A stretch of DNA of 64,000 bases, from positions 528,342 to 592,341 of the forward strand of contig JAWLHY010000002.1 in assembly GCA_041690135.1 (NCBI GenBank). The letters are read 5' to 3'. Shown piece after piece: positions 1 to 9,649 of the stretch. Every line of letters begins with the position of its first letter. Position 1 is the stretch's first letter. Both the position numbers and the translations under genes were made by a program. The notes beneath the pieces were generated by a model. That model did not search any database. It was not told where the DNA came from and saw only the letters and a list, made by a program, of their open reading frames with translations. This DNA is from Armatimonadota bacterium. GTDB taxonomy: Bacteria; Armatimonadota; SYMT01.

Positions 1-53
1 TTGGGTGTTCGCCCCCCCCCCGGCGCCCCCCCCCGAAACCCTCTGAAAATTGA

Positions 54-1223
54 CTATCCAGGGGTGAGAAGCAGGCGGCCGTGGTTGGCGCGGGCGGGGC
101 GACCGGTGGCGAGGTGGATCAGCTTCACGGCGACCCGGCCGTCTTTGCGGTCCTCGAACTCCGCCCGGTAGAAGTACTCGCCGCCCTTCTTCAGGGGCTT
201 GATGGTAACGTAGCCCTTGCCGTCCGCGGCCCGCACGCCTTCGACCTCCGCCTGGGTTCCGGTCGCCAGGAATGCCGTGCCCTCTACCGGTTCCGCCTTC
301 TCGCCCAGTGCCTTCACGCCGGTCTCATAGCGGTCGGCGTAGAGGCCGCGGTTGCGGTCGAACGTCTGGCGGATGCCGCTTTGGTCCAGCAGGTCCTGCA
401 CGCGCTTTACTTCCGGTGCGGGGAGACGGACCATCTGGGTCTGCTCCACCTCTTCCGCGGTGCTCCCGCGGGCGGCCCACACCGCGAACTGCATGGTGTT
501 GCTCTGCGAGAGGAAGCGCGTCTTCGCCAGCGCGAACAGGCGCTCGGAGCCGGCCGGGAGGGGCTGCTCGTCGCCGTTCCGGGGCGCCACCGCGGTCCCC
601 GATGGCAGGATCACGCGCGCCGGTAGGGGAGAGGTGTTCGTCAGGTAGAGGTCGAGGGCCAGGCTACCGGCGCGGCGAAGCGGGTCGAAGGTATCGTCCT
701 TGCCGGTGAGGGCGACCAGGCCGGAGCTGAGCGCCTGCTCCAGCGGAAGCACGGTGCCATCGGCGAGAGCGACCTGCGCGCCTTTTCCGCCCCGGAAGCG
801 AGTGGTCCCGTCCGGCGGCTCCGACAACAGGTCGGTGCAGAACGCCATCAGCTTGGAAGTCCGGCCTGGCGCCAGGGAGAAGGTGCCTCCCGTGGGGAAG
901 ACGCCTCCTTGCTGTCCGCCAATCTGGGGGAACATCCCACCTCCGCGCTGGCCCAGCCCCTGCCCGAAACCCTGACCTAAGCCCGGACCGAGTCCCTGCC
1001 CCAGGCCCGGACCGAGTCCCTGCCCCAGGCCCTGCCCAAACCCGAAGTTCTGCGCCAGGAGCATCTGCGGACGGCCTGCCCCGCCGGATCCGGTATTCCG
1101 CGGGGCATTGAAGACGGGAGATCCGCCGGAGTTCGGCAGGGCGTGAGCGACGAGAGCGCTGGCCGGCACGAGCGCCGTGGCCAGCAGCAGCGACCACCGG
1201 TTGCGAGGTGAGCGTGCGATCAT
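54..1223 (-). CDS. Secreted hypothetical protein with a Gly-rich tetrapeptide repeat linker
   Basis: ATG at 1223 with GGAGGG upstream; signal-peptide-like N-terminus (RNRWSLLLATALVPASALVAHA); (GQGL/GPGL)n linker; C-terminal domain with AFCTD and QFAVWA motifs. Confidence 0.75.
   Translation of the reverse strand: MIARSPRNRWSLLLATALVPASALVAHALPNSGGSPVFNAPRNTGSGGAGRPQMLLAQNFGFGQGLGQGLGPGLGQGLGPGLGQGFGQGLGQRGGGMFPQIGGQQGGVFPTGGTFSLAPGRTSKLMAFCTDLLSEPPDGTTRFRGGKGAQVALADGTVLPLEQALSSGLVALTGKDDTFDPLRRAGSLALDLYLTNTSPLPARVILPSGTAVAPRNGDEQPLPAGSERLFALAKTRFLSQSNTMQFAVWAARGSTAEEVEQTQMVRLPAPEVKRVQDLLDQSGIRQTFDRNRGLYADRYETGVKALGEKAEPVEGTAFLATGTQAEVEGVRAADGKGYVTIKPLKKGGEYFYRAEFEDRKDGRVAVKLIHLATGRPARANHGRLLLTPG
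948..1046 (-). repeat. Coding 12-bp repeat encoding GQGL/GPGL/GQGF units
   Basis: Translation GFGQGLGQGLGPGLGQGLGPGLGQGFGQGLGQ. Confidence 0.8.
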
Positions 1224-1436
1224 AGGTTCCCTCCAGAGCGTAGCGCGACATGCTTTCCCGTCAGACGCGAGTTCAACGGAAAAAGTCGCACGCAGCTGTG
1301 GAGGGCGTAAGACAGGCGCGCTTGTCGTCAAGAGCTACAGATCGGATGCACACGCAGGTCAGAGGGAGCCAGCAGAAGCTGCTTTAGGCTTCCTTCTCCG
1401 GCGGGGAAGGAGATCGTAATTCTGCAGGCGAACACA

Positions 1437-3059
1437 ATGGCAGATGTCGGCTGCACTGCTTTTTTGGTGGAAGGCTCTGTTGTGGGTGACCGCTTACTTT
1501 ACGACGAATTGCGAACGCAAGCTGAACCGCTTGCACAAGAACTCGACCGGGTCCGGGACGAGGCTCTGAAGATCTGGGCTGAGCAGGTATATAGATCATT
1601 CACCGCCCATGGTCAAGCGCATTTCGACCAAGTTGAGACCAACCTCGACTGGCTTACCCGACCACTGCAAGCCAGTCCGCAGAGGCTCCAGCCCCATGAA
1701 ATCTTTGTCCTACTGGCGGCGTGCTATCTTCACGATATCGGTATGCAACTCGACCGGCCGGATGCTCGAGAAGCGCACGCGGAGTATGCATACCAACTCA
1801 TCCTCCACTCCCACGCCAGGGTTGGCCCGGATGACCGCCGGGTGACGCTCCCAATTGACGACCCGAACGCGCGGTTGGCGATTGCGGAAGTGGCTCGAGC
1901 CCACTGGACGACGTTCGCCCTGGAGTTGCCCCAGACCGACTATATTTATGGAAACACAAATGCTTCGGGACGTTTGCGACTGCTTGGGGTCCTGCTGGCG
2001 ATGGCCGATCTCCTGGACCTTTCCCCGGCACGAGCTCGGTACTTCCGTTCAATCCATCGCCTTTATGACCTCGGCGCTGTCTCGGAACTCCACCAGAAGA
2101 TGCACCACTGGGTCAAGGGATTTGACATCAGCCCTGCCCATACAGAATTGCAGAGTGAATTGCAATTCAAGCTAACATGGCGCGATAATCATCAGGAGGT
2201 CCATGATACGGCGGATTGGGTGCTCCGTTGGTTCAACTCGCAATGGAGGCGGCTCGCCCCGGTGCTGAAAGCAGATTCCGGCGGTGCGGTTCGCTGGAGC
2301 GAGCCCTGGTTGAATGTTCGCTTTGAAACGCAGAGGGGTCCCGAAACACGGTTGTCTTCCGAAGCGTTGGCAGCACTTCAGGCTGAGCGCGCCGAACAAC
2401 GAAGGCTGGACCGTAATGAGTTCGCGTATAAGTATAATGAGGCGCTCGCTGCTTGCCGGTGTTCCGTTTTCTTTCTCCGTGACGACGCATCTTGGGACGG
2501 AGCCCATTTGGGAAGATGGTGCGAAGCCCGAGCCCACGTCCGCGCCAACACTCGGATCGGACGTCTCAATCTGCGGATAGGCGGGCGCCTAGACGTGGCC
2601 AGCATGGTTTCCCAATTGATGGAAGGCTGGGGCGAGCACTTGCCGCGTTGCAGTGACCGCCAGGCGCTCGACAGCCTGTCCGCCTTCGTCGCCAGTCGGG
2701 GCGATACCGCACTAGTCGCGATCGTGAGAGCAGGAGAATACGCTACTAGTGGCGTGCAGCCTGTGCTTGAAGCGTATCTGAATTTGGCACTTCCAGGGAG
2801 CGGACCGCGCGTCTGCGTCGTTCTCTCGCGCAACGCGGATGGTCCGGAGAAGCTGGCCGAAACAACCGTGCACCGGCTCTGTGAAAGCCCCTATACTAGG
2901 GATGACATCCTCACGTTTCTCTGCAGTGAGTTGGGGTATGGGGAATATGAAAGCCGGCAATATATCCGGGAGCTAGAGGTTGTGCGACGCCTGGACGATC
3001 CAGGGATTGTGCGTGATTCGATCGAACAACGCGAGAGCGAGGCGCTCGGGCTGGTTTAA
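1437..3059 (+). CDS. HD-superfamily phosphohydrolase (HD-CE-like) fused to a probable degenerate STAND-like NTPase region
   Basis: Motifs FTAHGQAH, YLHDIGM, ARAHW, MADLLD in HD order; C-terminal alpha/beta region has no intact Walker A. Confidence 0.7.
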   Translation: MADVGCTAFLVEGSVVGDRLLYDELRTQAEPLAQELDRVRDEALKIWAEQVYRSFTAHGQAHFDQVETNLDWLTRPLQASPQRLQPHEIFVLLAACYLHDIGMQLDRPDAREAHAEYAYQLILHSHARVGPDDRRVTLPIDDPNARLAIAEVARAHWTTFALELPQTDYIYGNTNASGRLRLLGVLLAMADLLDLSPARARYFRSIHRLYDLGAVSELHQKMHHWVKGFDISPAHTELQSELQFKLTWRDNHQEVHDTADWVLRWFNSQWRRLAPVLKADSGGAVRWSEPWLNVRFETQRGPETRLSSEALAALQAERAEQRRLDRNEFAYKYNEALAACRCSVFFLRDDASWDGAHLGRWCEARAHVRANTRIGRLNLRIGGRLDVASMVSQLMEGWGEHLPRCSDRQALDSLSAFVASRGDTALVAIVRAGEYATSGVQPVLEAYLNLALPGSGPRVCVVLSRNADGPEKLAETTVHRLCESPYTRDDILTFLCSELGYGEYESRQYIRELEVVRRLDDPGIVRDSIEQRESEALGLV

Positions 3060-3073
3060 GGTTTTTCCGCCGA

Positions 3074-4486
3074 ATGATGAACATTGCCCTGGCAGAACTC
3101 TATCTGAATCTAATGGGGAAAGACCCTGAAGCACGCCGTGCTCTCCTGGCGTGCGCCGCCTCGTTGCGTCTGGACGACGAAACAGCGCTGGAGGCCATTC
3201 AACTCGTGGCCGGCAGTAACGGTCACTCCGAGAAGTTGATGCGGCGCGTCAAGCAGTTGGGTTGCGTGTGGGCCGATTGGAACGGCGCCTGGTATTTGTC
3301 CGACGAAGTTCGAGCGGAGTTGGAGCGACGACTCGATGCCGAGGTAGGTGCCGAAAAAGTGGCCGAACTGCGAACCCTCCTGGCGGCCCGCGCGCGCCAG
3401 AAGGCAGAGAGTTTAGTTCCCGACGGGCAGATTACTGCCTACGAGACCCGCTTGCTTCGATTGGAAGCCGGGTTCCAGCGAACGCTGCTATCCAACGAGA
3501 CCGCTTGCGGTGCTGCGGATCTTGCTGATTTGTGGACCAGCGAGTATGCCTCGGGCCAGCGCGCGATAGCTGACGCCGTTGACTTCCTTGCCCCCGAGAT
3601 TGAGCGGCAACTCCCACAGCTTCCAGCAGAGGTGCTCTTTTTGCAGGGCATGGCCGCCCGCCAACGGGGAGATCGAGTGGCTGCTGAGCGCTATTTTCGC
3701 GCTGTATGGAAGCAAGGGCGTCCCGGAGAGATCTTCGCGATTGCCGCCCATCTCTTTGGAAATGGGGTTGCGCGACGGGATCCCCAACTCGCTGAAAGTG
3801 CCTTTCAAGATAGCCTCAGATGGAATGATAACCCACAAGGGCAGGGCCAAGTCTGGCATTCGTTGGGGAACCTGCTGGCGCGGGACCGGCGGCGGCGGTC
3901 GGAAGCGGAAGCGGCCTACCAGCAGAGCCTGGACCTGATCTCTGACCCACAAGGACAGGGCCAGGTCTGGCATTCGTTAGGGAACCTGCTGGCGCGGGAC
4001 CGGCAGCGGCGGTCGGAAGCGGAAGCGGCCTACCAGCAGAGCCTGGACCTGATCTCTGACCCACAAGGACAGGGCCAGGTCTGGCATTCGTTAGGGAACC
4101 TGCTGGCGCGGGACCGGCAGCGGTGGTCGGAAGCGGAAGCGGCCTACCAGCAGAGCCTGGACCTGATCTCTGACCCACAAGGACAGGGCCAGGTCTATGC
4201 CTCGTGGGCGGATGGGTTATCCAAGCAGTCTAGCGATGGCAATGAGGAGACGATTGTCGAACTGGCTCAACAGGCATTGGAGTTGGACCCGCGAAATCCT
4301 CGCACGGCCGGCGTCGCTTATCGAGTAATGGCCAATGCATACGAGAAGGTGGGTGAGTTCCGGAAGGCTATTGATGCATTGGAACTGCTTATCGAAAACA
4401 ATAGGCGGCTGGACATTCAACGGTTTACACAAGAACTTCGAGATCGAATCGAGGGCCTGAGAACTCGTATGGAGAACGACACATAG
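3074..4486 (+). CDS. TPR protein with an N-terminal winged-helix-like region
   Basis: TPR units VWHSLGNLLA...AEAAYQQSLDL; N-terminal LGCV...WYLSDEVRAEL resembles the helical/wHTH segment that follows STAND NTPase domains; starts 14 bp after the upstream stop. Confidence 0.8.
   Translation: MMNIALAELYLNLMGKDPEARRALLACAASLRLDDETALEAIQLVAGSNGHSEKLMRRVKQLGCVWADWNGAWYLSDEVRAELERRLDAEVGAEKVAELRTLLAARARQKAESLVPDGQITAYETRLLRLEAGFQRTLLSNETACGAADLADLWTSEYASGQRAIADAVDFLAPEIERQLPQLPAEVLFLQGMAARQRGDRVAAERYFRAVWKQGRPGEIFAIAAHLFGNGVARRDPQLAESAFQDSLRWNDNPQGQGQVWHSLGNLLARDRRRRSEAEAAYQQSLDLISDPQGQGQVWHSLGNLLARDRQRRSEAEAAYQQSLDLISDPQGQGQVWHSLGNLLARDRQRWSEAEAAYQQSLDLISDPQGQGQVYASWADGLSKQSSDGNEETIVELAQQALELDPRNPRTAGVAYRVMANAYEKVGEFRKAIDALELLIENNRRLDIQRFTQELRDRIEGLRTRMENDT
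3833..4196 (+). repeat. Tandem 114-bp (38-aa) near-identical TPR-coding repeats, 3 full copies plus a partial
   Basis: CCACAAGG unit starts at 3833, 3947, 4061 and 4175; few substitutions between copies. Confidence 0.95.
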
Positions 4487-4876
4487 ACCGTTGTCAATAG
4501 CCTCTCCTGTTCGAGGTCCACTCACCTCACGCGGATAAGCCCAACCCCGATCACGAAGATCTCATCGAACGCGGTGGTCGCCTGGTGTCACAAGCCCTCC
4601 TGTGCAGCATTGATTGCGAGCGTCCGCGGGAGTGTCGCACGGTTCCTCTCTGTTCTCGGCAAGCGGAGATTCGGCGAAACCCAGACTGACGATGCCATGC
4701 CAGCACTTGGAGTTGCTGGACGACTTGGTAACTCGGTTCACCAAGTGCAGGCATTCTTCAAGTCGCTTCATCGCCAGAGTCTTCTCTCCTCTACCAGCCG
4801 GTAGTCGCCGCTGTCTTGACAACCAATCTCTTACTACACTCCCATACCTCCACACTCCTAACATACCTCCACACTC

Positions 4877-6247
4877 CTAAATTCCCAGGATCAGCTTCGC
4901 CACCATGAAGTAGATCATCAGCCCGGTGGCGTCCACCAGGGTGCTAATGAACGGCGCGCTGGCGACCGTGGGGTCCACCTTCAGCAACTGCGCGGTGATC
5001 GGCACCAGGGCCCCCACGCAGGTACTCCAGGCACACACCGCCACCACGGCCGTAGCAAGCACCACCCCGATCATCGGGTCCCGGGTTACTAGCCAGCCGC
5101 CTCCCAGCGCCACCAGCCCGAGCACCAGGCCGAGCAGAACGCCCGTCAGCGTCTCCCGGAACACCACGCGCCCGGCGTCCCGCGGCCGGATCTCGCCCAG
5201 GGCGAGACCTCGCACCACGGTCATGACCGACTGCGACCCCGCGTTGCCCCCGGTTCCGATCAGCAGCGGGATGAAGATCGCCAGCGCGAGCTTCTGCTGC
5301 AGCGAGGCCTGGAAGTGCTCCAGCACCTGGCTGGTGAACGAGCCGCCCACGAACAGCAGCAGCAGCCACCCCAGGCGCTTCTTCACCGCGCTGGTGACCC
5401 GGCCGGCCCAGTAAGAAGTCTCCCCCTCGGCATCGTCGCCGCCCGAAATGGCGCCCAGGTGCAGGAGGTCTTCGGTGCCTTCCTGGATGAGCACGTCCAC
5501 CAGGTCGTCGACGGTGACCACCCCCAGCAGCCGGCGGTTGCGATCGACTACCGGCAGCGCCAGGAAGTTGTACCGGCTCACCAGGTTGGCAGCCTCTTCC
5601 CGGTCGGTTTCCGGCGTGACCATCACCACGCGCGTCTGCATCAGGTCCTGAACTCGCGCCCGGGGGTCGGCCAGCACCAGTTCCCGCAGGGCCACCACTC
5701 CGCACAGGCAGGCATCCTGGTCGAGGACGTACAGGTTATGGATCGTCTCCAGGTCCGCCGAGGTCCGGCGCAGGTACCGGAAGGTCTCGGCCACCGTCCA
5801 CTCCGGGTGCACTCGCGGCACCTGGCGCACCATCAGGCGGCCGACGCTGGAGGGCGGGCAGCGGCGGATGGCCTCCATCTGGGCCGCGTCCTCCGGAGAG
5901 GTAGCCGCCAGTACTTGCTGCTGGGTCTCGTCCGAAAGCTGCTCCAGGAACTGGGTGGCATGTTCCACCGGCATCCGGTCCAGCACATGGGCCAGGTAGG
6001 TCGGCTGCAGGTGACGCAGCAGCGTGGCGCGGAACTCGGCGTCCGCGTTCATTAACACCTGGGCCACGACATTAACCGGCAGCGCGTCCACGACGCGAAG
6101 CCGGTCATCGTGGTCAAGCGCCTCGAGTGCTTCGGTGATCTCTACCGGGTGCAGCGCCAGAAGTTGCAGCGCAACTGCCTGCGGGCCATCCCGCTCCAGC
6201 AGGTCGCGCACTTCCAGCGAGGGAACAGTCGGTAGTGCGAAGGTCAT
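4877..6247 (-). CDS. mgtE: Magnesium transporter MgtE
   Basis: MgtE N-domain, CBS pair, then TM domain with PLLIGTGGNAGSQ and SAPFISTLVDATG; ATG 6247 preceded by GAGGGG. Confidence 0.95.
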   Translation of the reverse strand: MTFALPTVPSLEVRDLLERDGPQAVALQLLALHPVEITEALEALDHDDRLRVVDALPVNVVAQVLMNADAEFRATLLRHLQPTYLAHVLDRMPVEHATQFLEQLSDETQQQVLAATSPEDAAQMEAIRRCPPSSVGRLMVRQVPRVHPEWTVAETFRYLRRTSADLETIHNLYVLDQDACLCGVVALRELVLADPRARVQDLMQTRVVMVTPETDREEAANLVSRYNFLALPVVDRNRRLLGVVTVDDLVDVLIQEGTEDLLHLGAISGGDDAEGETSYWAGRVTSAVKKRLGWLLLLFVGGSFTSQVLEHFQASLQQKLALAIFIPLLIGTGGNAGSQSVMTVVRGLALGEIRPRDAGRVVFRETLTGVLLGLVLGLVALGGGWLVTRDPMIGVVLATAVVAVCAWSTCVGALVPITAQLLKVDPTVASAPFISTLVDATGLMIYFMVAKLILGI

Positions 6248-6333
6248 CTTCCCCCTCCGTCCTGTGAGCCATCCCGTCCAGGCAACGCCTGGAGTCAGGG
6301 TATGGTACGGAGAGGAAGAGATCGGGGTGGTAC

Positions 6334-6363
6334 AAACAAAAAGCACCCCCGAGCGGGGATGCT
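6334..6363 (-). terminator. Intrinsic terminator ending the leader/ncRNA upstream of mgtE
   Basis: Minus strand AGCATCCCC-GCTC-GGGGGTGCT followed by TTTTGTTT. Confidence 0.75.
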
Positions 6364-6608
6364 CTGGACGCGAGGCTAGCGCGCGGCTTACCTCAGGCCG
6401 AGCACGGCCCTGCTCTTCCCGGTTCCGTACCGGTTGTCAGCGTACCTACGGGTACTGTCAGCGTCCACGTTGGATCCTCTGTCACTGGCCGGACCTGGTC
6501 GCCGGAAGAGCCCGTTGGCTCGAAAGGTGCGACCGCCGCGGAACCCGGTGTAAAGCGGCTCCCCCGATTGGGAACAGCCGGTTCCGTTTCCAGTAACTGT
6601 CCAAACTC
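6335..6608 (-). ncRNA. Candidate structured RNA (sRNA or riboswitch-like mgtE leader), family unassigned
   Basis: Lies between a sigma70 promoter and a terminator; no credible ORF; helices TTTGGAC/GTCCAGA, CGGAACCGG/CCGGGTTCCG, GCTCTTCCGG/CCGGGAAGAGC, GTACC/GGTAC. Confidence 0.6.
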
Positions 6609-6614
6609 CGCATC

Positions 6615-6643
6615 ATCTTAGCACTCGAAAGGGCATCCGTCAA
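6615..6643 (-). promoter_or_regulatory. Sigma70-type promoter
   Basis: TTGACG-17 bp-TAAGAT on the minus strand. Confidence 0.7.
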
Positions 6644-6752
6644 CCCTGGACGCCTCGGGGTTATACCCGCAGTGGGCTGATCCTACGCCCGGAAGATCGC
6701 CTGCAAGCCTGTTGGGAAGGATGAAGGCGGAAGGATGAAAATGTTAACCACG

Positions 6753-6781
6753 AAAGCCGGAACCACAATGGTTCCGGCTTT
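6753..6781. terminator. Hairpin, likely terminator of the 6834-7103 gene
   Basis: AAAGCCGGAACCA-CAA-TGGTTCCGGCTTT perfect 13-bp stem. Confidence 0.6.
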
Positions 6782-6833
6782 CTAAAGAGGTGGCCAGCCG
6801 GGGGCTGGCCAGATCGGAATTGACCTGAACGGG

Positions 6834-7103
6834 TTAGTTCACGCTCACGTACAGGTCGCTCACCATCTGCACCCGCTGTTCGGGGCATAGGTGCTGCGGG
6901 CGGAAATCGCGCAGGTTGCGCAGGATCCGGCCGCGGGCTTCGTAATCGAGGTGCCGGTCGATCAAGCGGGTCATGTCTTCGGCCTTCTTGACCTGGTCAT
7001 CCCAGTCCGGCACGACGCGGAGCGGAAGTTCCTCGATCCCCGGCTCCAGTTCGACTTCCGGAGCGTGTGCGTTTATGTCTAGCTTCTGCTTATAGTCGAT
7101 CAT
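6834..7103 (-). CDS. Small hypothetical protein
   Basis: ATG 7103 with GAGGTAGGG upstream; GC-rich third positions; downstream hairpin. Confidence 0.6.
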   Translation of the reverse strand: MIDYKQKLDINAHAPEVELEPGIEELPLRVVPDWDDQVKKAEDMTRLIDRHLDYEARGRILRNLRDFRPQHLCPEQRVQMVSDLYVSVN

Positions 7104-7349
7104 CCCTACCTCTGGCTTCCGTAGTCCTGGGACGCTTAGCGCGTCCATTTACCTCTGCCTGCCGCCTCGCGGTCCACTTGCGGTGCGCAGGCTGGCAGCC
7201 CGGATTTAACCAGAAGTGCGCCAGACCAAACCCCCGGGGAGTTGGGGGCGAGGGGGACTATCGGGAGCGATCCGGCGGTTCAGCGCTACGGGTTAGGGCA
7301 CCGCTGGGAAGGCGGACTTGCAAGTGCCGGACCGGGGGACGACCGGGAC

Positions 7350-7709
7350 CTACGGTTGCTGGGAAGCCTCGGTGGTGAACACTACCTCGTGGATCTCCAG
7401 CACGTTGGGGCCCGCGAACATCTCCGCGGGAGGCCGGTTGCTGTGGGCGATGCGGAACGACTCGCTCCGGGTCCAATCCCAGAACGCCTCTTCGCTCTCC
7501 CAGTAGGTCTGGACCAAGTAATAACCCTGCTCCTCCGTTTCCTCATACTCGCCTGTCTTGTGACTGAAGCGCCGCTGGACGGGACGCATCACGAGGTTCT
7601 TGATGAACCCGGGGGATTGATCGATCAGGTGAGCGCGGTTGCGAAACCTATCTTCGAATTCGGCTTCATGACCAGCGGCTACGGGAATGCGGTTGGTGAC
7701 GACGAACAT
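7350..7709 (-). CDS. Antibiotic biosynthesis monooxygenase / IsdG-like heme-degrading monooxygenase family protein
   Basis: MFVVTNRIPV...FEDRFRNR...PGF...WESEEAFWDW..SESFRIAH. Confidence 0.85.
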   Translation of the reverse strand: MFVVTNRIPVAAGHEAEFEDRFRNRAHLIDQSPGFIKNLVMRPVQRRFSHKTGEYEETEEQGYYLVQTYWESEEAFWDWTRSESFRIAHSNRPPAEMFAGPNVLEIHEVVFTTEASQQP

Positions 7710-7813
7710 CGGGACTGCTCCATTGAATCGAAAAAGGAAGGGTTCGAACCCGGTGCAGGTAAACTGCCGCTGTCCAACCCTTCCCCGTTCTACCGGCCGC
7801 TACACGCAATCCT

Positions 7814-9649
7814 CTACCGGCGGCGCCGCCGTCGCTTGCGACGCGGAGCTTCGGACTTCTCGCTCTCGTCGCCGGTGAAGACCACGGTTCCCTCTGCGAA
7901 CTGCTTTTCGAGGACGGGCACCACTGGTGTCTCGCGCGGTCCGATGAAGGTCTCCGGATAGTAGCGGGAGGCCATCACCTCGTCGCCCTTCTCTGGGTCG
8001 ACGGCGTGCAGTAGCAGGAAGTGGGGCACGGGCCGCGCCGGCATGTCGACCCGCCGGATGCCGGAAACCAGCACCTCCGAACCCAATACCAGCGAGGTGC
8101 TGAAGCCGGAGTCGAGCAGCACGCACTCCTCCAGGCCCATCTCCGCCAGGGTCACGGCCAGGCGGTCCGACTCGTTGCCGGTGGAGGAGGCTCCCAGGAA
8201 CAGGCGGCCCTCGTTGTCGATGCCCATGAAGGCTCGCGGTCGGAAGTCGAACACATTATCCAGCCGGAACGACTCCAACTCCTCGTGGGTGGCGGGCACG
8301 CCGCGGTGGACCAGCCACGCGCCGGCCACGAAACAGTCGGTGGCTCCGGGCAGGATCCGCTCCACCCCGTCGGCGTCGTAGGCCAGGTTAGCGCGGAATG
8401 GCAGGAAGGCGATTCTCTCCGGAGAGATGACGACGAACGGCCGTCCCGCGATGCGGTCCCGGTCGCCCGGAAGCCCCGGCGCGAACCCCGGCCCGAAGCG
8501 GGAGACGATCGGTCCCACGATGCCGGCCCCGTCGCTGTTCACGCGCGCGTCGGAGAAGAACGTCCCGTTGAGGCCCGCGGAGGAGGCGGTCACCTTCACC
8601 AGCGTGGGCACATTGCGGCGGCCCAGGATACGCGCTCCGGAGAGACGTCCGCCGCGCACCCAGCGCAGCCGCACCAGGCGGTCTTCCGTGGAGCCCTGCT
8701 CCAGGTCCGTGGGGCGGATCTCCAGGACGTGCGACCGGAACCGGGAAACCTCCCCGGCCGCGTCCCACTTCGCGCAGATCTCGGGAATACGCTTCGGGAG
8801 GAGCCGGGGCACGAAGAAGGCGTCCGCCGGCGACCCCGCCCAACCGGGCCCCATGGTGAAGGCCATCTCGTAGCCGGCCGCGTGCGCCACGCGCGCCACC
8901 CGGCCGTTCGCATTGCCCACCGGATAGGCCAGGAACCGGATGGTGCGCCCCAGTTTCTCTTCCAGCAGCTGCTTGCTTTCGTTCAGCTCCCGGTCGAGTT
9001 GCTTATCGTCGCACTTCCGCAGGTCTTCCGGGTGGTTGACCGTATGACACTCGATCGAGATCAGCCCTTCCTTGTCCAGCGCCTGGAGTTGCTCCCAGGT
9101 GATATGGTCCTTGCCCGTCTTCACCCCCACCACGCCGGTGTGGACGAAGAACGTCGCCGGAAAGCCGAACTTCTTCAGGATGGGATAGGCGTTCTCGTAT
9201 TGGCCCAGGTAGCCGTCATCGAAGGTGAGGACCACCGACCGCGGCGGAAGTTGCTTGCCGTGCCGCAGGTGGTCGTAAAGCGCGGCGAGGGGGATGACCT
9301 TGGCCCCGGACTCCTTCAACTGCTGCATTTGCGCGCGGAAGTCGGGCGTGGGGATGTCGTGATAGACCACGGGCCGATCCACCACGTCGTGGTACATCAG
9401 CACCGCCACTTCCTGGCTGCCCTCGTAAAGCGCCGTGGGCGCCGGTTCGGGTTCCGGTTCGGGAGCGGGAGTAGCCGCTGCCGGGGCCGCGAGCGGGGCG
9501 GGGGCCTTCGCCGCCAACTGCTGCATCTCCCGCCGCGCGCCCGCGGGCGCCACGAGGTAGAAGCTCGTGCCGACAAACGTGCCCATGCAAATGACCGCCA
9601 GAGACAGGCCGTGGCGCTTCCACCCGGGCGGCAAAGGTCCGTTACTCAT
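7814..9649 (-). CDS. Polysaccharide deacetylase (NodB/CE4) fused to a phosphodiester glycosidase (NAGPA-like) domain
   Basis: VLMYH, LTFDDGY, HTVNH and AYPVG motifs; C-terminal LNGTFF, RPRAFMG, LLDSGFS; N-terminal TM segment. Confidence 0.85.
   Translation of the reverse strand: MSNGPLPPGWKRHGLSLAVICMGTFVGTSFYLVAPAGARREMQQLAAKAPAPLAAPAAATPAPEPEPEPAPTALYEGSQEVAVLMYHDVVDRPVVYHDIPTPDFRAQMQQLKESGAKVIPLAALYDHLRHGKQLPPRSVVLTFDDGYLGQYENAYPILKKFGFPATFFVHTGVVGVKTGKDHITWEQLQALDKEGLISIECHTVNHPEDLRKCDDKQLDRELNESKQLLEEKLGRTIRFLAYPVGNANGRVARVAHAAGYEMAFTMGPGWAGSPADAFFVPRLLPKRIPEICAKWDAAGEVSRFRSHVLEIRPTDLEQGSTEDRLVRLRWVRGGRLSGARILGRRNVPTLVKVTASSAGLNGTFFSDARVNSDGAGIVGPIVSRFGPGFAPGLPGDRDRIAGRPFVVISPERIAFLPFRANLAYDADGVERILPGATDCFVAGAWLVHRGVPATHEELESFRLDNVFDFRPRAFMGIDNEGRLFLGASSTGNESDRLAVTLAEMGLEECVLLDSGFSTSLVLGSEVLVSGIRRVDMPARPVPHFLLLHAVDPEKGDEVMASRYYPETFIGPRETPVVPVLEKQFAEGTVVFTGDESEKSEAPRRKRRRRRR

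Noticed and set aside
3833-4196. Regular repeats as a possible CRISPR array
   Set aside because: No unique spacers; the 114-bp units are in-frame TPR coding sequence and there are no cas genes
4551-4864. Short ORFs between the TPR gene and mgtE as a possible toxin remnant
   Set aside because: No convincing motif; the apparent start and RBS come from a 19-bp tandem repeat
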